64,000 bases of DNA from Eledone cirrhosa. Its lineage: Eukaryota. The translations under genes and the position numbers were made by a program. Location of the stretch: contig OZ024747.1 of the NCBI GenBank assembly GCA_964016885.1, positions 68,200,001-68,264,000 of the forward strand. The letters run 5' to 3'. Shown piece after piece: positions 25,053 to 37,250 of this stretch (its first letter is position 1; the number at the start of each line of letters is the position of its first letter). Under the pieces are notes generated by a model. The model made no database searches. It was not told the DNA's origin and saw only the letters and a program-made list of their open reading frames with translations.

Positions 25053-28000
25053 TAGGTAAGAGGTGTGATGAAAGTGACTAGGTAAGAGGGGTGATGAAAG
25101 TGACTAGGTAAGAGGTGTGATGAAAGTACCTAGGTAAGAGGTGTGATGAAAGTACCTAGGTAAGAGGTGTGATGAAAGTGACTAGGTAAGAGGTGTGATG
25201 AAAGTGACTAGGTAAGAGGTGTGATGAAAGTGACTAGGTAAGAGGTGTGATGAAAGTGACTAGGTAAGAGGTGTGATGAAAGTGACTAGGTAAGAAGTGT
25301 GATGAAAGTGACTAGGTAAGAGGTGTGATGAAAGTGACTAGGTAAGAGGTGTGATGAAAGTGACTAGGTAAGAAGTGTGATGAAAGTGACTAGGTAAGAG
25401 GTGTGATGAAAGTGACTAGGTAAGAGGTGTGATGAAAGTGACTAGGTAAGAGGTGTGATGAAAATGACTAGGTAAGAAGTGTGATGAAAGTGACTAGGTA
25501 AGAAGTGTGATGAAAGTGACTAGGTAAGAGGTGTGATGAAAGTGACTAGGTAAGAGGTGTGATGAAAGTGACTAGGTAAGAGGTGTGATGAAAGTGACTA
25601 GGTAAGAAGTGTGATGAAAGTGACTAGGTAAGAGGTGTGATGAAAGTGACTAGGTAAGAAGTGTGATGAAAGTGACTAGGTAAGAAGTGTGATGAAAGTG
25701 ACTAGGTAAGAGGTGTGATGAAAGTGACTAGGTAAGAAGTGTGATGAAAGTGACTAGGTAAGAAGTGTGATGAAAGTGACTAGGTAAGAAGTGTGATGAA
25801 AGTGACTAGGTAAGAGGTGTGATGAAAGTGACTAGGTAAGAAGTGTGATGAAAGTGACTAGGTAAGAGGTGTGATGAAAGTGACTAGGTAAGAGGTGTGA
25901 TGAAAGTGACTAGGTAAGAGGTGTGATGAAAGTGACTAGGTAAGAGGTGTGATGAAAGTGACTAGGTAAGAAGTGTGATGAAAGTGACTAGGTAAGAGGT
26001 GTGATGAAAGTGACTAGGTAAGAAGTGTGATGAAAGTGACTAGGTAAGAGGTGTGATGAAAGTGACTAGGTAAGAGGTGTGATGAAAGTGACTAGGTAAG
26101 AGGTGTGATGAAAATGACTAGGTAAGAGGTGTGATGAAAGTGACTAGGTAAGAAGTGTGATGAAAGTGACTAGGTAAGAGGTGTGATGAAAGTGACTAGG
26201 TAAGAGGTGTGATGAAAATGACTAGGTAAGAAGTGTGATGAAAGTGACTAGGTAAGAAGTGTGATGAAAGTGACTAGGTAAGAAGTGTGATGAAAGTGAC
26301 TAGGTAAGAGGTGTGATGAAAGTGACTAGGTAAGAGGTGTGATGAAAGTGACTAGGTAAGAAGTGTGATGAAAGTGACTAGGTAAGAGGTGTGATGAAAG
26401 TGACTAGGTAAGAGGTGTGATGAAAATGACTAGGTAAGAAGTGTGATGAAAGTGACTAGGTAAGAGGTGTGATGAAAGTGACTAGGTAAGAAGTGTGATG
26501 AAAGTGACTAGGTAAGAAGTGTGATGAAAGTGACTAGGTAAGAGGTGTGATGAAAGTGACTAGGTAAGAGGTGTGATGAAAGTGACTAGGTAAGAAGTGT
26601 GATGAAAGTGACTAGGTAAGAGGTGTGATGAAAGTGACTAGGTAAGAGGTGTGATGAAAGTGACTAGGTAAGAGGTGTGATGAAAATGACTAGGTAAGAA
26701 GTGTGATGAAAGTGACTAGGTAAGAGGTGTGATGAAAGTGACTAGGTAAGAAGTGTGATGAAAGTGACTAGGTAAGAGGTGTGATGAAAGTGACTAGGTA
26801 AGAAGTGTGATGAAAGTGACTAGGTAAGAGGTGTGATGAAAGTGACTAGGTAAGAGGTGTGATGAAAGTGACTAGGTAAGAGGTGTGATGAAAGTGACTA
26901 GGTAAGAGGTGTGATGAAAATGACTAGGTAAGAGGTGTGATGAAAGTGACTAGGTAAGAGGTGTGATGAAAGTGACTAGGTAAGAGGTGTGATGAAAATG
27001 ACTAGGTAAGAGGTGTGATGAAAGTGACTAGGTAAGAGGTGTGATGAAAATGACTAGGTAAGAGGTGTGATGAAAATGACTAGGTAAGAGGTGTGATGAA
27101 AGTGACTAGGTAAGAAGTGTGATGAAAGTGACTAGGTAAGAGGTGTGATGAAAGTGACTAGGTAAGAAGTGTGATGAAAGTGACTAGGTAAGAGGTGTGA
27201 TGAAAGTGACTAGGTAAGAGGTGTGATGAAAGTGACTAGGTAAGAGGTGTGATGAAAGTGACTAGGTAAGAGGTGTGATGAAAGTGACTAGGTAAGAGGT
27301 GTGATGAAAGTACCTAGGTAAGAGGTGTGATGAAAGTGACTAGGTAAGAAGTGTGATGAAAGTGACTAGGTAAGAGGTGTGATGAAAGTGACTAGGTAAG
27401 AGGTGTGATGAAAGTACCTAGGTAAGAGGTGTGATGAAAGTGACTAGGTAAGAAGTGTGATGAAAGTGACTAGGTAAGAGGTGTGATGAAAGTGACTAGG
27501 TAAGAGGTGTGATGAAAGTGACTAGGTAAGAAGTGTGATGAAAGTGACTAGGTAAGAAGTGTGATGAAAGTGACTAGGTAAGAAGTGTGATGAAAGTGAC
27601 TAGGTAAGAAGTGTGATGAAAGTGACTAGGTAAGAGGTGTGATGAAAGTGACTAGGTAAGAGGTGTGATGAAAGTGACTAGGTAAGAGGTGTGATGAAAG
27701 TGACTAGGTAAGAAGTGTGATGAAAGTGACTAGGTAAGAAGTGTGATGAAAGTGACTAGGTAAGAGGTGTGATGAAAGTGACTAGGTAAGAGGTGTGATG
27801 AAAGTGACTAGGTAAGAGGTGTGATGAAAGTGACTAGGTAAGAAGTGTGATGAAAGTGACTAGGTAAGAGGTGTGATGAAAGTGACTAGGTAAGAGGTGT
27901 GATGAAAGTGACTAGGTAAGAGGTGTGATGAAAGTGACTAGGTAAGAAGTGTGATGAAAGTGACTAGGTAAGAGGTGTGATGAAAGTGACTAGGTAAGAA

Positions 28001-30377
28001 GTGTGATGAAAGTGACTAGGTAAGAGGTGTGATGAAAGTACCTAGGTAAGAGGTGTGATGAAAGTGACTAGGTAAGAGGTGTGATGAAAGTGACTAGGTA
28101 AGAAGTGTGATGAAAGTGACTAGGTAAGAGGTGTGATGAAAGTACCTAGGTAAGAGGTGTGATGAAAGTGACTAGGTAAGAGGTGTGATGAAAGTGACTA
28201 GGTAAGAAGTGTGATGAAAGTGACTAGGTAAGAAGTGTGATGAAAGTGACTAGGTAAGAAGTGTGATGAAAGTGACTAGGTAAGAAGTGTGATGAAAGTG
28301 ACTAGGTAAGAGGTGTGATGAAAGTGACTAGGTAAGAGGTGTGATGAAAGTGACTAGGTAAGAGGTGTGATGAAAGTGACTAGGTAAGAGGTGTGATGAA
28401 AGTGACGAGGTAAGAGGTGTGATGAAAGTGACTAGGTAAGAGGTGTGATGAAAGTGACTAGGTAAGAGGTGTGATGAAAGTGACTAGGTAAGAGGTGTGA
28501 TGAAAGTGACTAGGTAAGAAGTGTGATGAAAGTGACGAGGTAAGAGGTGTGATGAAAGTGACTAGGTAAGAGGTGTGATGAAAGTGACTAGGTAAGAAGT
28601 GTGATGAAAGTGACTAGGTAAGAAGTGTGATGAAAGTGACTAGGTAAGAGGTGTGATGAAAGTGACTAGGTAAGAGGTGTGATGAAAGTGACTAGGTAAG
28701 AAGTGTGATGAAAGTGACTAGGTAAGAAGTGTGATGAAAGTGACTAGGTAAGAGGTGTGATGAAAGTGACTAGGTAAGAAGTGTGATGAAAGTGACTAGG
28801 TAAGAGGTGTGATGAAAGTGACTAGGTAAGAAGTGTGATGAAAGTGACTAGGTAAGAGGTGTGATGAAAGTGACTAGGTAAGAAGTGTGATGAAAGTGAC
28901 GAGGTAAGAAGTGTGATGAAAGTGACGAGGTAAGAGGTGTGATGAAAGTGACTAGGTAAGAGGTGTGATGAAAGTGACTAGGTAAGAAGTGTGATGAAAG
29001 TGACGAGGTAAGAGGTGTGATGAAAGTGACTAGGTAAGAGGTGTGATGAAAGTGACTAGGTAAGAGGTGTGATGAAAGTGACTAGGTAAGAGGTGTGATG
29101 AAAGTGACTAGGTAAGAAGTGTGATGAAAGTGACTAGGTAAGAGGTGTGATGAAAGTGACTAGGTAAGAGGTGTGATGAAAGTGACTAGGTAAGAAGTGT
29201 GATGAAAGTGACTAGGTAAGAGGTGTGATGAAAGTGACTAGGTAAGAGGTGTGATGAAAGTGACTAGGTAAGAGGTGTGATGAAAGTGACTAGGTAAGAG
29301 GTGTGATGAAAGTGACTAGGTAAGAGGTGTGATGAAAGTGACTAGGTAAGAAGTGTGATGAAAGTGACTAGGTAAGAGGTGTGATGAAAGTGACTAGGTA
29401 AGAGGTGTGATGAAAGTGACTAGGTAAGAGGTGTGATGAAAGTGACTAGGTAAGAGGTGTGATGAAAGTGACTAGGTAAGAAGTGTGATGAAAGTGACTA
29501 GGTAAGAGGTGTGATGAAAGTGACTAGGTAAGAAGTGTGATGAAAGTGACTAGGTAAGAAGTGTGATGAAAGTGACTAGGTAAGAGGTGTGATGAAAGTG
29601 ACTAGGTAAGAGGTGTGATGAAAATGACTAGGTAAGAGGTGTGATGAAAGTGACTAGGTAAGAGGTGTGATGAAAGTGACTAGGTAAGAGGTGTGATGAA
29701 AGTGACTAGGTAAGAAGTGTGATGAAAGTGACTAGGTAAGAGGTGTGATGAAAGTGACTAGGTAAGAGGTGTGATGAAAGTGACTAGGTAAGAAGTGTGA
29801 TGAAAGTGACTAGGTAAGAGGTGTGATGAAAGTGACTAGGTAAGAGGTGTGATGAAAGTGACTAGGTAAGAGGTGTGATGAAAGTGACTAGGTAAGAGGT
29901 GTGATGAAAGTGACTAGGTAAGAAGTGTGATGAAAGTGACTAGGTAAGAGGTGTGATGAAAGTGACTAGGTAAGAGGTGTGATGAAAGTGACTAGGTAAG
30001 AAGTGTGATGAAAGTGACTAGGTAAGAAGTGTGATGAAAGTGACTAGGTAAGAAGTGTGATGAAAGTGACTAGGTAAGAGGTGTGATGAAAGTGACTAGG
30101 TAAGAACTGTGATGAAAGTGACTAGGTAAGAAGTGTGATGAAAGTGACTAGGTAAGAACTGTGATGAAAGTGACTAGGTAAGAAGTGTGATGAAAGTGAC
30201 TAGGTAAGAACTGTGATGAAAGTGACTAGGTAAGAAGTGTGATGAAAGTGACTAGGTAAGAGGTGTGATGAAAGTGACTAGGTAAGAGGTGTGATGAAAG
30301 TGACTAGGTAAGAGGTGTGATGAAAGTGACTAGGTAAGAAGTGTGATGAAAGTGACTAGGTAAGAGGTGTGATGAAA
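25053..30377. repeat. 26-bp minisatellite, about 205 copies, consensus gtgactaggtaaga(g/a)gtgtgatgaaa
   Basis: Direct reading; period 26 (e.g. 25201 to 25227). Confidence 0.97.
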
Positions 30378-30540
30378 ATGAATGTGGAAGGAAGTCGCGG
30401 AGGAGGAAAACTAAGAAAAACATGGCTAAAGATGATGGAATTATATTAGTGAGGGGAATGCAGATCATAGAACAAATTAGAGAAGCTTGCTACCTCTAAG
30501 GCTAACTCCTACTTTAGCAAGGGAAAATGACTTCAAACAG
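30378..30540 (+). mobile_element. Decayed RTE C-terminus (right flank of the 26-bp array)
   Basis: Reads VMKMNVEGSRGGGKLRKTWLKM, compared with DGSHGIGRPRKTW in the RTE at about 52350. Confidence 0.65.
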
Positions 30541-30717
30541 TTATTGTTATATAATCGTTTTTATGCCCACTTTCCATATTGGCAGGATTTCTACTGTTGG
30601 ATGTCTTTCCTAATAACAACCACTCTACAGAAAGTAGTAGGTGCTTTTTCTCCTTGTTTTTCTCCATCTCTGTCTTCACTAGCTGTTTCTTCCTCTCTCT
30701 TTAACTATCTCTCTCCC

Positions 30718-30950
30718 TCTCTCCATTAGTTATGTCATCTCACCCCTCTTTAGGTAGCTCTCTCTCTCCACTAGTTATGTCATCTCACCTCTCTCGCTCC
30801 ACTAGTTATGTCATCCTCTCTCTCTCCACTAGTTATGTCATCTCACCTCTCTCTCTCTCTCCACTAGTTATGTCATCCTCCCTCTCTCTCCACTAGTTAT
30901 GTCATCCTCTCTCTCTCTCCACTAGTTATGTCATCTCCCCTCTCTTTAAC
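30718..30950. repeat. ~30-bp minisatellite ctccactagttatgtcat(ct)n, about 7 copies
   Basis: Direct reading. Confidence 0.85.
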
Positions 30951-31718
30951 TAGCTGTCTCTTTCTTCCCCTCTCTTCCCCCTTTTACAAACTATATCATA
31001 AATAAAGAAATCATTATACAAATGCCTGACTAACTTTATTACATATTCTGTAATAACACAATTGGCACCACTGCCTCCAGGCTTCCTCCCCACACCAAGC
31101 TACAAAACAGGCCCCACTACAACACCCTCTACACTACTATGGCAGATGGGAATAACACTTCAATTGTTGTTTTCTAAATATTCCATTATCAAGTTGAAAT
31201 ACTGACTAATTAGCTTTTGGAAAATTTCACCGATAAATTTAATCAAAGACTTTAACTGAAGTCCCTGTCATCTCTACAACCAACCAACCAATTCATACTG
31301 AATATAATGCTTAATCAAGCAAAAGTCTATAACATTTGCAAATGGGATCCTCAGATTCTTTTCCTCACCCACTTACTCCTACCATACATAGCTACATACT
31401 ACTCTCTCTCCCACCATACCATTCTCTCCGATCATACATAGTTATACACCACCTTACCATTCTCTTCCACTATATCACTCTTTTCTATCTCAAATAAAAT
31501 GCAATAAAATATGTTGTTAGGGTGTTTTAATGACAGGGTCTACAGTCCTACAGTGAAAAGAAATCTGAAATGAAGTGTTTTGCTCAAGAGCACAATGTGC
31601 CACCAGGTCCTGAAAGTGAACCCACAACTTTATGATCATGAGTCCAACACCTTAACCATTAATCTACCATACACCACTACATACCATTCACATTTACCAC
31701 CATAAATAAATAGCTTAC

Positions 31719-31774
31719 TAGACAAATATTTTCGAATTCTTTGACTCCAGGACTGTTGAGTAGATGAAATTAAT
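31719..31774 (-). CDS. Host gene exon: (R)LISSTQQSWSQRIRKYLS
   Basis: Acceptor attcttcag; TCTA|gtaagc donor; 56 nt, phase 2-1, joins 36784 (AG+A) and 24730 (A+AA) in frame. Confidence 0.68.
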
Positions 31775-31954
31775 CTGAAGAATTGTCTTTATCAATTTGG
31801 AAGAAAATGGAACAATAGACTGACATTTAATTTCGAATTGGAACTTTTATTCTGTGGGGAATGTAGAGTTTCTAAATGATTTCTGGCAGCATTGTCTAAT
31901 AATAATGAATGAGTTGGAAGAAAGTAGTTTAGAAAATTGATGTTATAGGTGTCA

Positions 31955-32125
31955 GCACAGCTGTGTGGTTAAGCAGTTCACTTTGCAAGTATATGGTTTC
32001 AGGTGCAGTCCCAGTGCATAGCACTTTGGGCAAGTGTCTTCTACTATAGCTTCGGGTTGACATGTGACATGTAAGTGAAATTTGATAGATAGAAACTGTA
32101 AAAAAAAGCCTGTGTGTGTGTGTGT
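31955..32125 (+). mobile_element. tRNA-derived SINE ending in (TG)n; relatives at about 20145-20330, 44750-44920 (-) and 49835-49990
   Basis: Shared gcaagtgtcttctact...gaaatttg.tagatggaaactgta motif. Confidence 0.7.
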
Positions 32126-32412
32126 AAGGGTTCAACCATGCCAACAGGAAAAATGGATACTAAATGATGATGATGGCACGCGTGTGTGTGGATGTACTGT
32201 TCATTTATATTCTATAACTTAGCAGGTCGACAATAGAATCAATAAATTAAATACCAGGCGTGAATAAAATAAGTACTGGGAGTCTATATGAATGATTAAA
32301 TATTTTCAAGAGAATGCTAGAAACCACTAATAAACAGCACCATATTTCTAATGAAAGGCACTGCCTATGGTTTTGAAATAATTTTGAAAATAATCAAGAA
32401 TTTAATGGGATT

Positions 32413-32580
32413 TACCGTATTTATGGCTTCGAAGACGCTACTTTTCCCCTAAAATAAGTCTCAAAAATCTACCATGCGTCCTGGATGCTGAAAGTTGTTT
32501 ATTTTTTTTCAAATTTTTGGTTCTTAAAATTAGGGTGCGTCCTTGAGGACGAAGTGTCTTAGGTGCTGCGAAATACGGTA
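32413..32580. mobile_element. Tc1/pogo-like MITE nested in an older AT-rich element
   Basis: Terminal inverted taccgtattt / aaatacggta with TA ends. Confidence 0.75.
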
Positions 32581-33282
32581 AGTAACAACTTTCTCACTAT
32601 TAAGCTGCTATTTTGAACATGTAACTTAAATGAAATTGTGATGGAAGGTTGTTAGATATAAACTATGCTGGTGCCACAAAATATTCCCACTGTACTCTCT
32701 TTAAAGTGACAGTGCTGGTACCATGATAAAGTATATCCAGTACAGTGTGTAAAGTGGTAATGCTGGTGCTATGATGAAATGCACCCAGCACACTCTGTAA
32801 AGTGGAAGAGCTGGTGCCATGATAAAAGCACCCAATACACTCTGCAAAGTGGTTGGCTTTAAGAAAGACACCCAGCCATAGAAACTATGCCACATATGGA
32901 ACATATAAGCAAAATGAGGTCTCACAGACTGTAACAACCTGTCCAAGCTATGCCAGCTTGGAATACAGATGTAAAATGATGATGATGATTTAAAATAAAA
33001 ACAGGTGCAGTTTCAGGTGGTCTGGTATCAGAAGGGTTAATAGGAGTAACATTTAGTAGCTCACACCCATGTATGTTTAGCTGGCCTCTTATGAGGTTGT
33101 ATCTCATAGGAGGTTTCTCAGGTGTTTTAATGATAGAGGCCCCAGTTCAATCATGAAAGGCCATGTGAAATGAAGAACACAACATGCTGCTTGGTCCAGG
33201 AATAAAATCCACAACCTTATGATCATGAGTCTAACATGCTAATAACTAGATCATGTTGTAGCTTTTAGTAGCTTGACAATAC

Positions 33283-33479
33283 TTAACCCTTTTGATACAA
33301 TCCCACCCAAAACCACCTCTGGCTTTATGAAATATAATCACCAATTTCAAAGGATGTTTACTTAAGTTAAAATCTTCCAATACAATTTTAGATGAGAACC
33401 TTTTGTTAGATTATCTTACAAATACCATCTTAATGAAACACAATGCATTTCATTAAAAATATGGTCATGAGAGGGTTAA
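33283..33479. mobile_element. TTAA-flanked (piggyBac-like) MITE; relatives near 413, 18480, 22292, 23960 and 40457
   Basis: ttaaccctttt...gagggttaa ends; shared internal AT-rich motifs among copies. Confidence 0.6.
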
Positions 33480-34047
33480 AGACCAACTGGGCCAGACCTA
33501 TTTAATAGTAGTAACACAGTACTTATTTATATTAAGTGTATTAACATGTACAAGTAGAGAAAAGAAAGCCTTGTATAATAATAAGTTCTTTTATATTAAT
33601 TAATATTATGTATGAACACACCTCCTACTCTGCTAAATAATACAAATATAAATCTTCTTTAAATGTCAAACTATTTTTTATGTAGATTTTCAAGAATCTG
33701 GTTTGGCAACATTCTTGCTAGTGTCTTTTGCCTCAGGTGTAACAACATTCCATAGGAATAGGAGGAGTTAAATAGGAGCACAGCAATTTCCAGTAATTAC
33801 CACGTGCCTTAAATTAACTTCTGAGAAGACTGGGACAAAGAGAGAAAGAGGGAGGAGGGGGGAAGAGAGAGTAGAGAGAGGCAAATATAGTAGAAGCTGC
33901 ATATTTGTTAACCCTTTTCACAACCACATGGACAAAATGTGTTCTGGTTCTATGAAACAAAACCACCCATTTTAAAAGGTTCCTATTTAAATTAAAATCT
34001 TCCAACAAAATTTTATATAAGAACCATATCTTAGTAATGAAATCTTG

Positions 34048-34155
<108 letters not shown>

Positions 34156-34557
34156 GTTTGTTTGTGTGTATGTACCATTTCTCTTCTCCCTCTCTCATTT
34201 TTATGTAACACTCTTTTTTTCCTCCCTATCTGCCTTATTTCAAACTGTGTGATTTACCTCTCTTCCCATTATTCATTTGCTTTCATTTATCCTTCTCTCT
34301 CTCTAACTCACTCATTCTCTCTATCTACCTTATATCTCCCCCTCCTTGTCACTCTTCCTTTTCATCAGATGCTCTGCTGGTCTCATAACAATTCTCCCTA
34401 TATAGTTATCATGCTAGCGTGGAAGAACGGACGTAAAACGGTGATGATGATTTAACTTTCTCTTTTTATTTCCTTCAGCCCCTCTATTTAAAATGTAAAC
34501 AATTTATTGTACATCTAAAATTAATTCAATAAAAAGAAAAAAAGACAATATAATAAT

Positions 34558-34740
34558 AATTGTTTCTACTTTTGGCACAAGGCCAGCAATTATCCCAGTT
34601 TATTACTGGCACTTTATTTAATTGACCCGTAAGGATGAAAGACAAAGTTAACCTTGGTGGGATTTGAACTCAGAATGGAAAGGGCTGTAACTTTATACTT
34701 GGCGTCCGATCCTCTACCGATACTGCCAATCCACTGCCCT
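34558..34740 (-). mobile_element. tRNA-derived Meta-type SINE
   Basis: Reverse complement shows A-box tggcagtatcgg, B-box gagttcaaatcc and a ctttcatccttacgggtc..ataaagt.ccag central domain; (ATT)n tail. Confidence 0.82.
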
Positions 34741-34756
34741 TAATAATAATAATAAT

Positions 34757-35625
34757 CATCATCATCATCATCATCATCACCACCGTTTTACGTCCGTTCT
34801 TCCACGCTAGCATGGGTTAGACGGGTTGTCCTGTTGTGGGCAGTGTCTGGTCAGCTGACCATGCCTTGCTCATACAGGAACTGATTTGGCTTGGTTTCTA
34901 CAGCTGGATGCCCTTCCTAACACCAACCTCATTTACAGTGAGTGCTGGGTGGTTTTTCGTGGTGTCTACACGTCCACTTTACAGTGTGGGCTGGGTGCTT
35001 TTTTGCCGTTGCACCTCCACGACCACCTTGCAGTGGGGGGTGTGGGGGCATATTGTCTATATGCTTCAGCTTGTACCCATGGGAGGTCGGGTACTCTGTA
35101 TTACTGCGTGACGCCAGAGGTCACGGTCGTGTGTCATCGCCTTTGAGAGGTGTAATTGGGTAAGGTCGGCTTTTATCACCTCATCCCAGGTCATCTTGGG
35201 TCTCCCCACTTCACAGTTTCCATCGACTTCTAGTGCTCTGCACCTTTTTATGCAGCTGTCATCCTTCATACGCATCACATGTCCATACCAACGCAACCGC
35301 CTCTCCTGCACACAGCATTTGATTCCTCTTATGCTCAGTCTCTCTCTCAATTCATTTATGCTTTGTCGTTCGGGTATATTACTGTTACACATCCATCGGA
35401 GCATGCAGGCTTCGTTTCTCTCTAATCTACGTAAGTCGTCCACCTTCAGCGCCCAGGTCTCACTACCATGCAACATCGTTGTTTGTATACACGCATCATA
35501 CAGTCTGCCTTTCATTTTGAGGGAGAAGCCTTTTGCAGCTAGCAGTGGTAGTAGTTCCCTAAACTTCTTCCATCCCGTTCTTGCCCTAGTTATTGTACTT
35601 TCTGAACACCCACCTCCGCTACTTG
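34757..35625 (-). mobile_element. 5'-truncated RTE LINE
   Basis: ORF 35066-35632 encodes ARTGWKKFRELLPLL...LHGSETW...RRLRWYGHVMRM...GRPKMTW; 3' UTR; (GAT)n tail. Confidence 0.92.
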
Positions 35626-36186
35626 TTGGCACAAGGCCAGCAATTATCCCAGTGTATTACTGGTACTTTATTTAATTGACCCGTAAGGATGAAAGGCAAA
35701 GTTAACCTTGGTGGGATTTGAACTCAGAATGGCAAGGGCTGTAACTCTATGCTTGGCGTCCAATCCTCTACCGATACTGCCAATCCACTGCCCTTAATAA
35801 TAATAATAATAATAATTGTTTCTACTTTTGGCACAAGGCCAGCAATTAGCCCAGTGCATTACTGGTACTTTATTTTATTGACCCTGTAAGGATGAAAAGC
35901 AAAGGGAACTTCGGTGGGATTTGAACTCAGACTATAAAGGGGCGTAACTCTATGCTGCAAAGCATGGCGTCCGACCTTCTACCGATACTGCCAAGTGTTT
36001 CTAGTATAGGCACAAGGCCAGCAATGTTGGAGGAGCAGCAAGTCGATTAAATCGACCCCAGTGCATTACTGGTACTTTATTTTCTCGATCCCGTAAGGAT
36101 GAAAGGCAAAGTTAACCTTGCTGGGATTTGAACTCGGAACATAAAGGGCCATAACTATACCATGAAGCAATGCTCTGATTCTGCCA
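35626..36186 (-). mobile_element. Three tandem Meta-type SINEs (35626-35794, 35815-35993, 35995-36186)
   Basis: Repeated ggcacaaggccagcaat...aaggatgaaa...gggatttgaactc blocks. Confidence 0.85.
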
Positions 36187-36294
36187 TAATGAAAATATTG
36201 CTCAGGTGTTTTTGATGCTAGGGTTATTTAGTGGCAGTGGTGTAGTGGTGATGGTACATTGTGTGTTGATGTGGTGATGTGGTGTTGGTGTGTG

Positions 36295-36560
36295 CAGGGC
36301 CAACACTACCTTATAGGCAAACTAGGCAGCCACCTATGGTGCTAATTTCAGGGGATGCATTTCTCTAAATCAAAAATTTGAAAAATAAATGAATAAATTT
36401 CAGTTTTATTGAGGGATGTTTTTTATCCTGGTTTATTTCATACAGGGGAGAAAAAAATTTAATTTATTGTTTATAAATTTTGAAATTGACATTTTCCTTG
36501 GCGGGGCAGAATCTCAAAATCTAACCTTGCCTAGGGTGTCATTGTTTGGTGCTAGCCCTG
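36295..36560. mobile_element. hAT-type MITE
   Basis: Ends cagggc / gccctg; 8-bp TSD ggtgtgtg / ggtgtgta. Confidence 0.7.
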
Positions 36561-36783
36561 GGTGTGTATGGTAATATACAGTTTAAATTGTTTCAAGTTA
36601 ACTCCTGCATGAAAGACATGCTAGGAAAGAATTCCAGAGAGACAAAGCCCTGAAGAGAAAGGACCATGAGTTGTGGTTAGTAAAGGACCTAAGGAGTTAA
36701 ACATAATATGGGTGATGAGAAGAGGAGAGATGAGTGAAATGGGAGTGCTTGAGTGGAGAACACTACTCCATTGTGAGTTTCAC

Positions 36784-36835
36784 CTGAACATTGTAGAGGG
36801 TTTGAAGTTGTTGGGGGATGAAGTATTTTCTGGCT
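36784..36835 (-). CDS. Host gene exon: (E)PENTSSPNNFKPSTMF
   Basis: Acceptor cctctactcttcag; CAG|gtgaaa donor; 52 nt, phase 1-2, in frame with exon 31774. Confidence 0.65.
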
Positions 36836-36874
36836 CTGAAGAGTAGAGGCAGTCTATTAGATGCTGTTCTAGCT

Positions 36875-37250
36875 ATGTTTATGATGATAACGATGATGAT
36901 GATGATAATGATGATGATAATGTTGACAATGATGTTGATATTGATGATGATGATGATAATGTTGATAATGTTGACAAGGTTGTTGATGATATTGATGATG
37001 ATGATAATGTTGATGATGATGTTGATAATGATGAAGGTGAAGACAATGTTGATATTGATGATGTTGATGATGATGATGATGATAATGATATGTTGACAAT
37101 GATGATAATGTTGACAATGATGATGATGATGATGATGATATTGATGACAATAATATGTGATGATGGTGATGATGATACAATTCATCTTGGCAAAGATGAT
37201 GTAATAACATTCATGACAACAGATAACAACAATGATGATGATGATGACAC
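36875..37250. repeat. Degenerate (GAT)n tract
   Basis: Direct reading. Confidence 0.9.

Noticed and set aside
25053-30377. CRISPR array or telomeric repeat
   Set aside because: Units are head-to-tail with no unique spacers, the context is eukaryotic and the unit traces to RTE sequence
31775-31895. Longer exon starting at 31895, or an extra exon with a 50-nt intron
   Set aside because: All three frames from 31895 hit stops, and removing the gtcagt...cag 50-mer shifts the frame
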